Part shown: piece by piece, positions 1 through 9,672 of the stretch
How the letters are laid out: each line of letters opens with the position of its first letter
How positions within the stretch are numbered: the first letter of the stretch is position 1
Source: Vicinamibacterales bacterium
Lineage (GTDB): Bacteria > Acidobacteriota > Vicinamibacteria > Vicinamibacterales > JAMQPK01
NCBI GenBank assembly: GCA_963784045.1
Contig: CAWAPZ010000011.1
Location: 21,939-85,938 of the forward strand
Direction: 5' to 3'
DNA length: 64,000 nucleotides
Translations under genes and position numbers: made by a program
The notes under the pieces: generated by a model
What the model was told of the DNA's origin: nothing
Seen by the model: the letters and a program-made list of their open reading frames with translations, nothing else
Databases searched by the model: none

Positions 1-28
1 TTCGCTCTTCGTTTTTCGTTTTTCGTTA
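1..28. repeat. Heptamer tandem array (TTCGYTN x4, reverse complement of the AAACGAA family), cut by the window edge
   Basis: Read directly: ttcgctc ttcgttt ttcgttt ttcgtta. It is the same unit family as the arrays at 9082 and 13172/13234. It lies inside the still-open PE-domain reading frame. Confidence 0.65.
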
Positions 29-729
29 CCCGGTTCCTTACCTGTCTCCTTCCCCGATTTTTTCATTGCAGCCTTTTGAATAATATCCTCCAGCATTTTC
101 CCTGTCGCTCCGCCCTTGGCCGGCCTGTGTGATTCCCAGATTGCAGGTGTGTCTCCCGCAAGGATGTCTTCGAAATCGCCGCCACTCTTCACGCTGAGCG
201 GCGCGAATTCCGCGATGTCGACAGCGCCCGACCAGTCATCGCGATGCTTGATCAGCAGCCAGCTCCGGCCCTCGCCATACGACGGTCCTTTCGTCCGGAT
301 GAGCGCCCACGAGCCTTTCAGCTTGTAGCCGTTGAGCGTGAACTTGAGATCCCCCTTTTTCAACGCGGCGTCGAGGTCGTCCACTTGCGGCGTCCACGTG
401 CCCCGATCCCATAGCATGACGATACCCGCGCCGTAGCCTTCTGGAATCACGCCTTCGAATTCGCCATACTCGATTGGATGATCTTCGACGTGCATGGCGA
501 GCCGCTTCGTGCCTGGATCGAGCGACGGCCCCTTCGGGACGGCCCATGACAGCAGGACGCCGTTGTGCTCGAGGCGAAAATCGTAGTGAAGGTGGCTGGC
601 GAGGTGTTTCTGCACGCAGAAGAAGCGATCGGATGTCTTGGCGGCGGACTTGCGAACCGCGTCGGAGGAGCCGGCCGGTTCAGGGGTCTTCTGGAAGTTG
701 CGTTTTTGCTTGTACTTTTCTAGAGGCAT
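1..729 (-). CDS. Stand-alone DNA ligase D 3'-phosphoesterase (PE) domain protein; 3' end runs off the window
   Basis: ATG at 729. It is absent from the ORF track because there is no stop inside the window. My translation is MPLEKYKQKRNFQKTPEPAG..FCVQKHLASHLHYDFRLEHNGVLLSWAVPKGPSLDPG..EDHPIEYGEFEGVIPEGYGAG. It carries the conserved LigD-PE motifs HYDFRLE and SWAVPKGPS. Confidence 0.85.
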   Translation of the reverse strand, partial: MPLEKYKQKRNFQKTPEPAGSSDAVRKSAAKTSDRFFCVQKHLASHLHYDFRLEHNGVLLSWAVPKGPSLDPGTKRLAMHVEDHPIEYGEFEGVIPEGYGAGIVMLWDRGTWTPQVDDLDAALKKGDLKFTLNGYKLKGSWALIRTKGPSYGEGRSWLLIKHRDDWSGAVDIAEFAPLSVKSGGDFEDILAGDTPAIWESHRPAKGGATGKMLEDIIQKAAMKKSGKETGKEPGNEKRKTKSE

Positions 730-812
730 GAGGTGTAAGGAGTGCAACAGGTGGGTGTAACAGGCGCGCACCCCTTGCACCCGTCGCACCCACCGCCCCT
801 ATTGCACCTGAT

Positions 813-1154
813 TTACCAGCGTGGCTCCCGGCGTCCGCCGCCACCCCCGCCGCCGCCGCGGTTGCCGCGCTCGAAGCCGCCGCCACCGCCGCCACCGCCC
901 CCCATGGGTTTGGGCCGTGCCTCGTTTACCACCAGCGGGCGTCCTTCCATCTTGAATTCGTTCAGCTCTGAGATAGCGCGCTGTGCCTCCTCATCGCTGG
1001 CCATCTCGACGAATCCGAATCCCCGCGCGCGCCCCGTGGCCATGTCGCGCATGATCCGTGCGCTTTCCACAGTCCCGGCCCGACTGAAGAGCTCGGTGAG
1101 CTCGGTTTCGCCGGTCTGATAGGGAAGGTTTCCCACGTACAACTTGCGACCCAT
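813..1154 (-). CDS. RRM-type RNA-binding protein with a Gly-rich C-terminus
   Basis: Internal ATG at 1154 preceded by GGAG. RNP-2 is LYVGNL and RNP-1 is RGFGFVEM. The tail is poly-Gly/Arg. The upstream part of ORF 813..1232 looks non-coding. Confidence 0.9.
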   Translation of the reverse strand: MGRKLYVGNLPYQTGETELTELFSRAGTVESARIMRDMATGRARGFGFVEMASDEEAQRAISELNEFKMEGRPLVVNEARPKPMGGGGGGGGGFERGNRGGGGGGGGRREPRW

Positions 1155-1408
1155 AACGCTGACTCCTCGGCCCCCTGTGGGACCCACAAAAAAATCCCGG
1201 AACGGACCGGACGGTCCGTGCCGATCGTTCACCTCGCTGAGTTGTGTGCGGAGTGTGGAGACAGAGGCTGGGGGATCAGCTCGTTCGGCACTGCGCAGAA
1301 ACCGTCGGTCGGGCGCACGACAACTTCAGTATACGCCCCACAACGGGTTGGCGGTTCGCAGTTCGTGGTTGGTGTGAAGCTGTACTGAATTGCGACGCTA
1401 CCAACGAG

Positions 1409-1471
1409 AACCACCAACCACCAACCACCAACCACCAACCACCAATCACTAATCACTAATCACTAACCACT
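1409..1471. repeat. Heptamer tandem array: AACCACC x5, AATCACT x3, AACCACT x1
   Basis: Nine perfectly phased 7-nt units read directly. The array lies 18 nt beyond the yggX stop (yggX is on the minus strand). Confidence 0.9.
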
Positions 1472-1489
1472 ATGAATGAACCACCATCA

Positions 1490-1756
1490 CTATTTGGGCT
1501 TGTACTCCGGGGGCAGCGCGTCTGTGCCGCTGAAGAAGAAATCCTCCATCTGCTTCGCCATGAGCTGCTGGGCCTCCTTCTGCCACGGCATCAGACGGTA
1601 CTCGTTGAGGATCATCTTCATGCGGTCCTCCCACATCTTCCACGCCTGCGCCGAGACGTTGTCGTAAATACGCTTGCCCAGTTCGCCGGGCCACGGCGCT
1701 TCGTCGAGGCCGGGCAGATCCTTCTGCAACTTCGCGCAAAACACGGTTCGTGCCAT
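1490..1756 (-). CDS. yggX: Fe(2+)-trafficking / oxidative-damage protection protein YggX
   Basis: The 88-aa [47 protein letters not shown] aligns by eye along its length with E. coli YggX. Confidence 0.85.
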   Translation of the reverse strand: MARTVFCAKLQKDLPGLDEAPWPGELGKRIYDNVSAQAWKMWEDRMKMILNEYRLMPWQKEAQQLMAKQMEDFFFSGTDALPPEYKPK

Positions 1757-1802
1757 GCGGCAATCCTATCAGAAGGGCAGAGGGCCCTGTCATAATCACC
1801 CC

Positions 1803-3242
1803 ATGTCTGTCTCTTCCACCGTCGAGCGCGGGCGTGCCGGCAATTTCGAAGACAACGTCAACGCGTATTTCAATCACGCGGCCACGTTCTGCAAACACGC
1901 GCCCGGGTTGCTCGAGCAGATCAAGGTGTGCAACTCGGTGTACGCGTTTGCGTTTCCGGTCCGGCACGCGGACGGATCGATCGAAGTGGTGCACGCGTGG
2001 CGGGCGGAGCACAGCCATCACAAGCTGCCGACCAAAGGGGGCATCCGGTACAGCCCGCAGGTCGATGAGTCGGAGGTCAAGGCGCTCGCGGCGTTGATGA
2101 CGTACAAGTGCGCGCTCGTCGACGTCCCTTTTGGTGGAGCGAAAGGCGCCGTTCAAATCGACCCCGCCCGTTACACAGTAGAGCAGCTCGAGCGCATCAC
2201 GCGCCGCTATACCCACGAGCTCGATCGCAAGCAATTCATCGGCCCCGGCATCGACGTCCCTGCGCCCGATTACGGAACCGGCGAGCGCGAGATGTCGTGG
2301 ATCGCGGATACGTACAGCCAGTTGCACACCGGCGAGCTCGAGGCGCTCGCCTGCGTCACCGGCAAACCCGTCACCGAAGGCGGCATCCACGGCCGCCGTG
2401 AAGCGACCGGGCGCGGACTGATGTTCGCCTTGTCCGAGGCGTGCCGTTCGGCCGACGACATGCGCGCGCTTGGATTATCGGTCGGCCTCGACGGAAAACG
2501 GCTGGTCGTTCAGGGACTTGGCAACGTCGGATATCACACGGCGAAGTTCTGTCGCGAGCAGGGGGCGATCATCGTCGCGCTGGCCGAGCGCGAAGGCGCG
2601 ATTCACAACACGAAGGGCTTGAACGAAGACGAGGTCTTCAATTTCCGCAAGCGCACCGGCTCACTCCTCGGATTTCCCGGCGCCACGGATATCCTGCGCA
2701 GCGCCGACGCGCTCGAGCTCGAGTGCGATGTTCTGGTACCGGCGGCGCTGGAGAACGTGTTGACTTCCGAAAACGCGGCCCGCATCAAGGCCAGGATCAT
2801 CCTCGAAGGCGCAAACGGCCCGACGACACCCGAAGCAGACGACGTCTTCAGGAAAAAGGGCATCATGGTCATCCCGGATGTCTTCGCCAACGCGGGCGGC
2901 GTCACTGTTTCGTACTTCGAGTGGCTGAAAAATCTCTCGCACGTGCGGCTCGGGCGCCTGGATCGCCGCCGTCAGGCTGCGACGGAGCTGCGGATTCTGC
3001 AGGCTATCGAGGCGGCGACGGGCAAGACGTTCACCGAAACAGAGCGGCAGTCGTTCGTCAAAGTCACCGATGAGCTGGCGATCGTGAATTCGGGCCTCGA
3101 AGACACGATGATCGTGGCGTATCAGGACATTCGCGAAGCGCTCCGGGCCGAACCCAAGATGGGAGACCTCCGCACGGCCGCCTTCAAACGCGCGATCGAC
3201 AAAGTCGCTGTAGTGTACGAAGAGCTCGGCATCTTTCCGTAA
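1803..3242 (+). CDS. gdh: Glu/Leu/Phe/Val-family (glutamate) dehydrogenase
   Basis: Carries KGGIRYSP...[10 protein letters not shown] and the Rossmann motif VVQGLGNVG. Start chosen at ATG 1803 ([10 protein letters not shown]), divergent from yggX. The track ORF starts at TTG 1674. Confidence 0.9.
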   Translation: MSVSSTVERGRAGNFEDNVNAYFNHAATFCKHAPGLLEQIKVCNSVYAFAFPVRHADGSIEVVHAWRAEHSHHKLPTKGGIRYSPQVDESEVKALAALMTYKCALVDVPFGGAKGAVQIDPARYTVEQLERITRRYTHELDRKQFIGPGIDVPAPDYGTGEREMSWIADTYSQLHTGELEALACVTGKPVTEGGIHGRREATGRGLMFALSEACRSADDMRALGLSVGLDGKRLVVQGLGNVGYHTAKFCREQGAIIVALAEREGAIHNTKGLNEDEVFNFRKRTGSLLGFPGATDILRSADALELECDVLVPAALENVLTSENAARIKARIILEGANGPTTPEADDVFRKKGIMVIPDVFANAGGVTVSYFEWLKNLSHVRLGRLDRRRQAATELRILQAIEAATGKTFTETERQSFVKVTDELAIVNSGLEDTMIVAYQDIREALRAEPKMGDLRTAAFKRAIDKVAVVYEELGIFP

Positions 3243-3324
3243 TCCAACGCAAAGACACCAAGCCGCTGAGATTCGTTTTTGAAAGGAATCTTCGCGCCGT
3301 CGCGCCTTTGCGTTGACATGAGAA

Positions 3325-5371
3325 TTACCGCGTCAGCCGCGCAACCTGGACGCGGGCGTCGTTGAAGCACGCGCCTCCGCCCAGATCCGTCAGCGAGTCG
3401 GGCACCAGCGCGTTGCTGGTCATCTGGTTCCAGGTACTCTTGCGCCACAACCCCTTTGGCAGCGACACCGTACCCACTCGAATCGTCGCCTCAATCTTCA
3501 CGGCGCACTGCACTTCGCCCTGCTCGTTGAATATCCTGACCGGATCGTCGTTTTTCAGGCCCCGAGGGGCGGCATCATCCGGGTTCATGAGCAGCGCGAC
3601 AGCAGGCCTTGTCAGCTCGCCCATCGTGGAGCTGATCGTCCGATCGCTCGCCGGCGAAATCAACGCCAGCGGAAAACGCTCGCTCGCAGGATCGGGCTGG
3701 AACGTGTACAACCCCAGAGGCGCCTCCGCGTCCAGCGCCGGCGGGAACAAGTCGATCTTCTGATCGAACGTTCTCGGCATGACGTCGACGAACTGAATCG
3801 GCCGGAAGCCGAACGGCGGGGCCGCGCGTCCGGCCACTTCCATCTGCGCGCCGACCGTTCCCGGCAGCGTCTTGAAAACCTGCAGGAGCATGTCGAGCTC
3901 GTTATCGGGGTCGTCGCCTTCAAGCAGATCGAGCCGCCTCGCCAGCTCGCCGAAAACCTCCGGATTCGATCGCGATTCGCCCACCGCATCGATCACCGGC
4001 TGCACGAGCTGCAGGCTCAATGGCCCGTAGCCCCGCGCGAAGTCGTACGCTTCCAGGAACGTCGTAGCCGGCAGAATCACGTCGGCAAACGCAGCCGTAT
4101 CGGTCATCACTTGATCGAAGACGACGGTGAAAAGGTCTTCGCGAGCCACCCCTTGGATAACGCGCTGTTGATCGGGCATCGTCGCAACAGGATTGCAGTT
4201 GTAGACGAAGAGCACCTGTATCGGCGGATCGTCGGTACTCGAGCAGCGCGCGGCCAAGCTGGTTCATGTTGACCACCCGGGTGTCCGGCTCGCGGCCCAG
4301 CCACGGACGGGTGATGTTCCACGCCCCCGAGTTGCTCATCGAATAGCCGCCGCCACGGACCCCGAATTTTCCGGCGACCGCCGGCAGCGCGAGAATAGAC
4401 ATCGCTGCGTTGCCGCCATTGCGATTGCGCTCGAGGCCCCAACCGCATTTCAGCACGGCTGGCGACATGCTCGCGTAGTCCTCGGCGAGCCGGCGCAAAG
4501 CGGCTTCGGGGACGGCTGAGATCTCCGCGGCGCGCGCGAATGTCCACGCCGACGCCCGCTCACGCAGCCGGTCGGCACCTTTTGTGTGCTCGGCGAGAAA
4601 CTTGGTGTCGGCAAGACCGCTCTCGAAGAGATGGCGGTGGACCGCGAGGGCAATCGCCACATCGGCGCCGGGCCGCGGCGCCAGATGGAGATCGGCCTGG
4701 CGCGCCAGCGGCGTCGATCGCGGGTCGATCACGATGAGTCGCGCGCCGGATTTCTGAGCCTCGCGCACGTAGGGAACGAGGTGGATACCGGAAGTCGATG
4801 GGTTGACGCCCCAGAGAATGATGAGGCGCGCGGCGGGATAGTCCTCGTACGTGACCGAGGGCATCTTTCCGTAGAGTGCCTGAGCCGCGACGCCCGTGGG
4901 CGCCGCGCACACCGTGCGCGCAAGCCGCGATGTGCCGAACCGGTGAAAGAGGATCGCGTCGAGCGTGTCCTGTGTCAGGAGGCCGTTCGATCCGCCGTAA
5001 GAGAACGGCAGGATCGCCTCGCCACCCCACCGCTCTCGTACATCGAGCATGCGCGTGGCGATCAGCTCGATTGCCTCGTCCCACGTGGCGCGCCGGAATC
5101 GGCCCTGTCCTTTCAGCCCGGTTCGCACGCCGGGATACTGCAGGCGCGCCTCGCCGTACACGCGGTCGCCGAATTTACGAACCTTCGCACAGATGTAGCC
5201 GCCCGTCGGAGGGTTCAACGTCGAGCCGTCGATTTCCACGACCCGGCCGTTGCTGACCGTCACGGACAAACTGCACCCATCAGGACAGTCGAGCGGGCAC
5301 GCGGTGTCGACGAAATGCGGGGTCTGACCCCCTCGGGTGTCGCGGGGGTCAGACCCCTGTCGCTGGTTCAT
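3325..5371 (-). pseudogene. Molybdopterin (MopB-family) oxidoreductase, frameshifted near 4234-4240
   Basis: The N-terminal ORF 3920..5371 has an Fe-S Cys cluster (CPLDCPDGC) and MopB-like sequence up to ..VVNMNQLGRALLE. The protein then continues in another frame (ORF 3325..4257) as ..DDPPIQVLFVYNCNP.. to the C-terminal barrel domain. One extra base at ctcgagtaccgac separates the two frames. Confidence 0.8.
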
Positions 5372-5391
5372 TCATGTCAGCATAAAGCAGA

Positions 5392-6456
5392 GTGCTGAAG
5401 CTTGCATTGATTGTCCTGGCGGCGACTCTGGCCGTCGCGCCGCTGCCGCGGCACGTCGTCGAGCGCGTGTACTCGCGCGGCATGTATCCAATGGTCCAGC
5501 CGGGACTGACGGCGCTGAGCAACCGCACGTCGTTCGCGTGGTTCGATGCGATTGTGCTGGTGGCGTTGGCGGTCATCGTGGTGATGTGGGCCGTCCGCTT
5601 GCGTTCGCCGCAACGCAGAACGCGCGGCATCGGAAGAACGCTCGCCGTCCTCACCCTCGACACCATCGCGCTCGCGGCCGTTCTGTACCTGTGGTTTCTC
5701 GGTGCGTGGGGCTTGAACTACCAGCGGCAGCCCTTGCGCGAGCAACTCGACTTTCGAGAAGAGCAGGTCACCCCTGACGCGCTTCGTGCGCTTGCGAACC
5801 GCGTCGTCCACGCCTTGAATGATCTCCATCCACAGGCGCATCACCAGGGTTGGGCCGAATTGCCGGCGATTCGTGACACACTCGAACCGGCGTTCGTGCG
5901 TGCGCAGCGCGATCTGGCGATGGCATGGACAGCCCGCGCGGGCCGGCCGAAGCCGACGCTCTTCAACTTTTACTTTACGCGGGTCGCGATTGACGGCATG
6001 ACGGCGCCGTTTGTGCTCGAGACGCTCGCGAATCAGACGCTTCTTCCGTTCGAGCGGGCCGCGACCGTCGCGCACGAATGGAGTCATCTCGCGGGCTATG
6101 CCGACGAATCCGAGGCGAACTTCGTGGGATGGCTGGTGTGCATGCGAGGGGATGTGCCCACGCAGTACAGCGGTTGGCTCGCACTATATGGGTCGGTCGC
6201 CGGCGCATTGCCGGCGTCCGAGCGCGAAGAGATCTCTCGACGACTAGCCCCCGGACCGCGCGCCGATCTGCGCGCCATATTTGATCGCATCAGACAGCAC
6301 GCGATTCCCACAGCAAGCCGAGCCGGCTACGCGCTTTACGATCGGTTTTTGAAAGCGAACAGGGTGGAGGCGGGAATACGAAGTTATGGCGAGGTGGTGC
6401 GCTTGATGCTCGGGACGCGGTTCACTGACGACGGCGTGCCGGTGGTGCGCAAATAA
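5392..6456 (+). CDS. DUF3810-family membrane protein with an HExxH motif (putative Zn metalloprotease)
   Basis: N-terminal TM segments, then ATVAHEWSHLAGYADESEANFVGWLVC, which matches the DUF3810 HExxH...EANF signature as I recall it. Confidence 0.75.
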   Translation: MLKLALIVLAATLAVAPLPRHVVERVYSRGMYPMVQPGLTALSNRTSFAWFDAIVLVALAVIVVMWAVRLRSPQRRTRGIGRTLAVLTLDTIALAAVLYLWFLGAWGLNYQRQPLREQLDFREEQVTPDALRALANRVVHALNDLHPQAHHQGWAELPAIRDTLEPAFVRAQRDLAMAWTARAGRPKPTLFNFYFTRVAIDGMTAPFVLETLANQTLLPFERAATVAHEWSHLAGYADESEANFVGWLVCMRGDVPTQYSGWLALYGSVAGALPASEREEISRRLAPGPRADLRAIFDRIRQHAIPTASRAGYALYDRFLKANRVEAGIRSYGEVVRLMLGTRFTDDGVPVVRK

Positions 6457-6590
6457 GAATTGGAAGATTGACCATTGAAGATTGTCGGAATGTTGCCAGA
6501 TTGTCGATTGACGATGCCAAATTCTGAAAATCCCTCAATCTGCAATCCGACAACAATCCGCGAATCTTCCAATCTGCGATCGTGCAATTC
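6457..6590. repeat. Heptamer-phased imperfect palindrome (..ATTG units on the left, CAATC units on the right)
   Basis: Left block: gaattgg aagattg accattg aagattg .. gattgtc gattgac. Right block: ctcaatc tgcaatc .. gaatctt ccaatct gcgatcg tgcaatt. It starts 1 nt after the TAA at 6454-6456 and fills the gap between convergent genes. Confidence 0.75.
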
Positions 6591-6604
6591 GAGACCGGCG
6601 TCCG

Positions 6605-6895
6605 CTATGAAGGCAGTTGCACGTCGTCGAGCGGCAGTGTCTGCTCCGTGTTCGTGTCGAGCGACGCTGGCTGCGCCGGCGCGGCAGCTGGGGCGGGTCG
6701 GGGTACGCTGCGGCTGGGCGCAGAGGCACGAGTGGAGCTGCTGGGCGGTGTTGCGCGCTTCGCGCTGCGTTTCGTGATCCGCTTCGCGCTGCTCTTGGCC
6801 GATCGCTTCGCAGTCATTTTCCGTGATGCGGTTTTTGTCGAGGCCTTGCGTGACTTGGCGGCAGTCTTTGCCGCCCTCCGGCGTTTCTTGGCCAT
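6605..6895 (-). CDS. Lys/Ala-rich basic protein (histone H1-like)
   Basis: ATG at 6895 with GGAGG 6 nt upstream. Sequence is MAKKRRRAAKTAAKSRKASTKTASRKMTAKRSAKSSAKRITKRSAKR. Function is inferred from composition only. Confidence 0.55.
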   Translation of the reverse strand: MAKKRRRAAKTAAKSRKASTKTASRKMTAKRSAKSSAKRITKRSAKRATPPSSSTRASAPSRSVPRPAPAAAPAQPASLDTNTEQTLPLDDVQLPS

Positions 6896-6951
6896 ACGCG
6901 CTCCTCCAGTTGAAATGGGCGCGCGTATTCTATCTGATAAGCTAATCGCAC

Positions 6952-7560
6952 GTGCGGCAGATCCTCCCGCTGGTTCTCTCCTTTCTGCTCGTCGTCGCCG
7001 CCGCCCCCGCACTGGCCGATCAGGCCGGCGCCGACATACCCGCTGACGACCGCCGCATGCCGTTCGAGAAGGGCACCGTGGAAATCAGCGTCCTTGGCGG
7101 TGCAACGATTCCCACGTCGCTCTTCCGCTCGAACGCCGACCATCAATTGGCGATGGCGTCGTTCGTGATCGGGCGTGTGATGGCCGGCAGCCGCGGGAAA
7201 GGCAGCCTGGAGCTTCTTGTTGACGTGACGCCCTTCTTCCAGGTCCGGCAGCCTGACTTGGTTCGCGGCTGGTCGACGGCGCCGCTCTTTGTCAGATGGA
7301 ACTTTCCAGCGCTGGGTGCGGCTCGAATATACGGAGAAGTGAGCGGGAGCCTGCTCTTTACAACGGCGCCGGTGCCTGTCCGCACGACGACCTTTAACTT
7401 CATGGATCAGGCGGGCTTCGGTATCCGCCTCGAGGAAAGCCACGGGCGCGCGTGGCTTCTCGGATATCGTTTTCAACACATCTCCAATGGCGGACGGGTG
7501 ACGCCAAACCCTGGGGCAAACTTCAATTTCCTCTATCTCGGCATCAGCTTTCTTCGCTGA
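6952..7560 (+). CDS. Acyloxyacyl hydrolase / lipid A 3-O-deacylase (PagL-like) outer-membrane protein
   Basis: Signal peptide ..AAAPALADQ and a beta-barrel-like sequence ending YRFQHISNGGRVTPNPGANFNFLYLGISF. The H-x-S-N catalytic motif is typical of the PagL family. Confidence 0.75.
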   Translation: MRQILPLVLSFLLVVAAAPALADQAGADIPADDRRMPFEKGTVEISVLGGATIPTSLFRSNADHQLAMASFVIGRVMAGSRGKGSLELLVDVTPFFQVRQPDLVRGWSTAPLFVRWNFPALGAARIYGEVSGSLLFTTAPVPVRTTTFNFMDQAGFGIRLEESHGRAWLLGYRFQHISNGGRVTPNPGANFNFLYLGISFLR

Positions 7561-7774
7561 CGCAAACTGTTGGTTTTCGCCGATCGTCCTACAACCCTGT
7601 CGATAGGGCCGCGGATAACGAAAGGGCGCGGACTCCTTCGGGCCGACTGCCTTGCTCAGGCGCCAGAGTCTGCCCCACAGTCTGAACACCGTTGTCCCCT
7701 TCATGATTGAACCGCCACACGAATGTAGGAGTCGAGGCGCAAGGGTCACAACGGGCTGACATAGAACTATCGGA

Positions 7775-7960
7775 ATGCTGAGGAAATTGCGGATTTCACA
7801 TGCGATGTGGGTATGCGAACTTGGTACGGCGATTGCTGCTTACGCCGTCGTGAAGAAAAGGCACCCCGATCTTTCCCGTGCGGTTGCGCCGGCGTGTGCA
7901 ATCACCTCTCTAGTGCTGCTACTTTTGCACCCCGACAGGCACTCATACCTTCCTAACTAA
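7775..7960 (+). CDS. Small hypothetical protein (doubtful)
   Basis: A 61-aa ORF in a visibly less GC-rich stretch, with no recognisable motif. It may simply be part of a long garR leader. Confidence 0.2.
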   Translation: MLRKLRISHAMWVCELGTAIAAYAVVKKRHPDLSRAVAPACAITSLVLLLLHPDRHSYLPN

Positions 7961-8026
7961 TCGCTTCTCTCGGTTTCACGCTGCTGCTTCCGTCACGGGA
8001 AAGATCGGGCTCAGGCCCGATCTTTC
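7865..8026 (+). promoter_or_regulatory. Three-segment mutually exclusive pairing upstream of garR (possible attenuator)
   Basis: Segment A (7865-7880, cccgatctttcccgtg) pairs with segment B (7994-8009, cacgggaaagatcggg). Part of B (7999-8010, gaaagatcgggc) also pairs with segment C (8015-8026, gcccgatctttc), giving a 12-bp hairpin with a 4-nt loop. No U-tract follows. Confidence 0.3.
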
Positions 8027-8184
8027 TATCGCTCTGCAGAAGCCCTATCGATTGGCAAACACGATCGTCGAGATGCTAGGATGAGCCCTCATTTCCACGC
8101 GCCTGCGGCCCGATGAGAACGCAAAGGCGCCGAGCGAGAGCGATCGGGGGTTTCGACCCCGCGAGTCCGCAAAAGGAGTAGAGC

Positions 8185-9081
8185 GTGTCCAGCAAAATTG
8201 GGTTCATCGGTCTGGGCATCATGGGGAAGCCCATGGTGAAGAATCTGTTGAAGGCGGGTCATGAGGTGACCGTGTACGACATCATGCCGGCAGGCATGGA
8301 CGAGGTGGCAGCCGCGGGCGCTCAAAAGGGTTCTTCGCCGCAAGATGTGGCGGCGAACAACGACATCATCATCACGATGGTGCCCGACGGACCCGAAGTC
8401 GAGCAGGCGGTGCTCGGTCCCAACGGCGTCCTCGAGGGCGCGAGAAAAGGATCGACGGTCATCGACATGAGCTCGATCAGCCCGATGGTGTCGCAGAAGG
8501 TCGGCGCCGCCCTCGAAGCGAAGGGCATCGATTTTCTCGACGCGCCCGTGAGCGGCGGCGAGCCGAAAGCGATCGACGGCACGCTGGCGATCATGGTGGG
8601 CGGAAAGAAGGACGTGTTCGACAAGATGGAGCCGATCCTCAAGACCATGGGATCGACCGTCACGTTGACGGGCAAGATCGGAGCGGGCAACGTGACGAAG
8701 CTCGCGAATCAGATCATGGTGGCGGTCAACATCGCGGCGATGGGTGAGGCGCTCGCCTTGGCCACGAAGGCAGGGTTGGACCCCGAAGTGGTGTTCAACG
8801 CCGTCAAGGCCGGATTGGCAGGCAGCACCGTGCTGAACGTCAAGGCGCCGATGGTCTACTCGCGCAATTTCAAGCCCGGATTCCGCATCCGACTGCATCA
8901 GAAGGATCTTCGCAACGCGCTGCTTGCCGCGGAGTCGCTGAAGGTATCGCTGCCCCTGACCAGCGCGGTGCAGAACATGCTCATCGACCTGATGAACAAC
9001 GGGAAGGGCGACCTCGACCACTCCGCCATCGTGCAGGTGATTGAGGAGGCCTCGGCGGTGGAGGTCAAGAAGCCGAGCTGA
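8185..9081 (+). CDS. garR: 2-hydroxy-3-oxopropionate (tartronate semialdehyde) reductase
   Basis: Carries IGFIGLGIMGKPM, DAPVSGGEPKA and GAGNVTKLANQ, and the 298-aa length is typical of GarR/GlxR. AAGGAG lies upstream of the GTG start. Confidence 0.85.
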   Translation: MSSKIGFIGLGIMGKPMVKNLLKAGHEVTVYDIMPAGMDEVAAAGAQKGSSPQDVAANNDIIITMVPDGPEVEQAVLGPNGVLEGARKGSTVIDMSSISPMVSQKVGAALEAKGIDFLDAPVSGGEPKAIDGTLAIMVGGKKDVFDKMEPILKTMGSTVTLTGKIGAGNVTKLANQIMVAVNIAAMGEALALATKAGLDPEVVFNAVKAGLAGSTVLNVKAPMVYSRNFKPGFRIRLHQKDLRNALLAAESLKVSLPLTSAVQNMLIDLMNNGKGDLDHSAIVQVIEEASAVEVKKPS

Positions 9082-9116
9082 TAAACGAAAAACGAAGACC
9101 GACAAGCGAAAAACGT
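9082..9116. repeat. Heptamer tandem array (NAAACGA-type x5)
   Basis: Units are taaacga aaaacga agaccga caagcga aaaacgt. It begins on the base after the garR TGA (9079-9081) and fills almost the whole 37-nt gap to the convergent gene. Confidence 0.8.
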
Positions 9117-9118
9117 TT

Positions 9119-9604
9119 CTATTTCATGTCAGCGATAAAACATCCGACAGCCTGCGTACGTGTGGGGATGACCGGCTTGCCGGCGAGCACGGCAGCTAGC
9201 GCATTGCGAAGGTCGTGTTGCGTGGCTGCGGGGCGTTCGCGTCCGAGCTCGACGAAGCGGTCGTCGATGCGGCCGAGGTAGACGAGGCGCCCCCGGGAAT
9301 CGAAAACCGCGGCTTCCGGCGTGATGGTGGCGCCTGCAGCCGTCACCAGCGCGTGCTCGCGATCGCGCGCCGCAATTGGGGGGTACCCATAGTCGCGACG
9401 GTGGGTATCGATCGCCTCATCGCTGTCGAGCGGGTTCGGATAGACGAGCTGAAAGCGGACGCCCTTCGGGCTGAAGTCGTCGTACATCCGCTTGATTTCG
9501 GGCGCGTACCGATTGGAGACAGGGCAGTCGATGCTCACGAAAATGAGCACCGTCAATGCCAGAGCGTTCATGATCGGGTCCCCGGCGTCCTCGATGTCAG
9601 ACAC
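9119..9604 (-). CDS. Thioredoxin-fold (redoxin / AhpC-TSA-like) protein
   Basis: LIFVSIDCPVSNRYAPEIKRMYDDFSPKGVRFQLVYPNP resembles the beta1-CxxS-alpha1 region of a TlpA/redoxin fold. The start could instead be the internal MNALAL. Confidence 0.65.
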   Translation of the reverse strand: MSDIEDAGDPIMNALALTVLIFVSIDCPVSNRYAPEIKRMYDDFSPKGVRFQLVYPNPLDSDEAIDTHRRDYGYPPIAARDREHALVTAAGATITPEAAVFDSRGRLVYLGRIDDRFVELGRERPAATQHDLRNALAAVLAGKPVIPTRTQAVGCFIADMK

Positions 9605-9672
9605 ATTGTCTGGACGGGGCGACGCATCGCTGCTGCACCAGGTAATTTCCGCAACATTTCCGTCATAGATGC

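Noticed and set aside
1470-2390. 306-aa minus-strand ORF
   Set aside because: It is antisense to the well-supported glutamate dehydrogenase gene. Its Arg/Ala/Gly/Asp-rich composition is typical of shadow ORFs in GC-rich DNA.
3325-5371. Selenocysteine (TGA) recoding in the molybdopterin oxidoreductase
   Set aside because: The break is a change of frame, not an in-frame TGA. The N-terminal region uses ordinary Cys residues.
6814-7749. 311-aa minus-strand ORF
   Set aside because: It overlaps the PagL-like gene and the H1-like gene region. It has no domain signature and runs across an obvious intergenic stretch.
8089-9105. 338-aa minus-strand ORF
   Set aside because: It is antisense to garR. 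It has no motifs and is His/Arg/Leu-rich junk.
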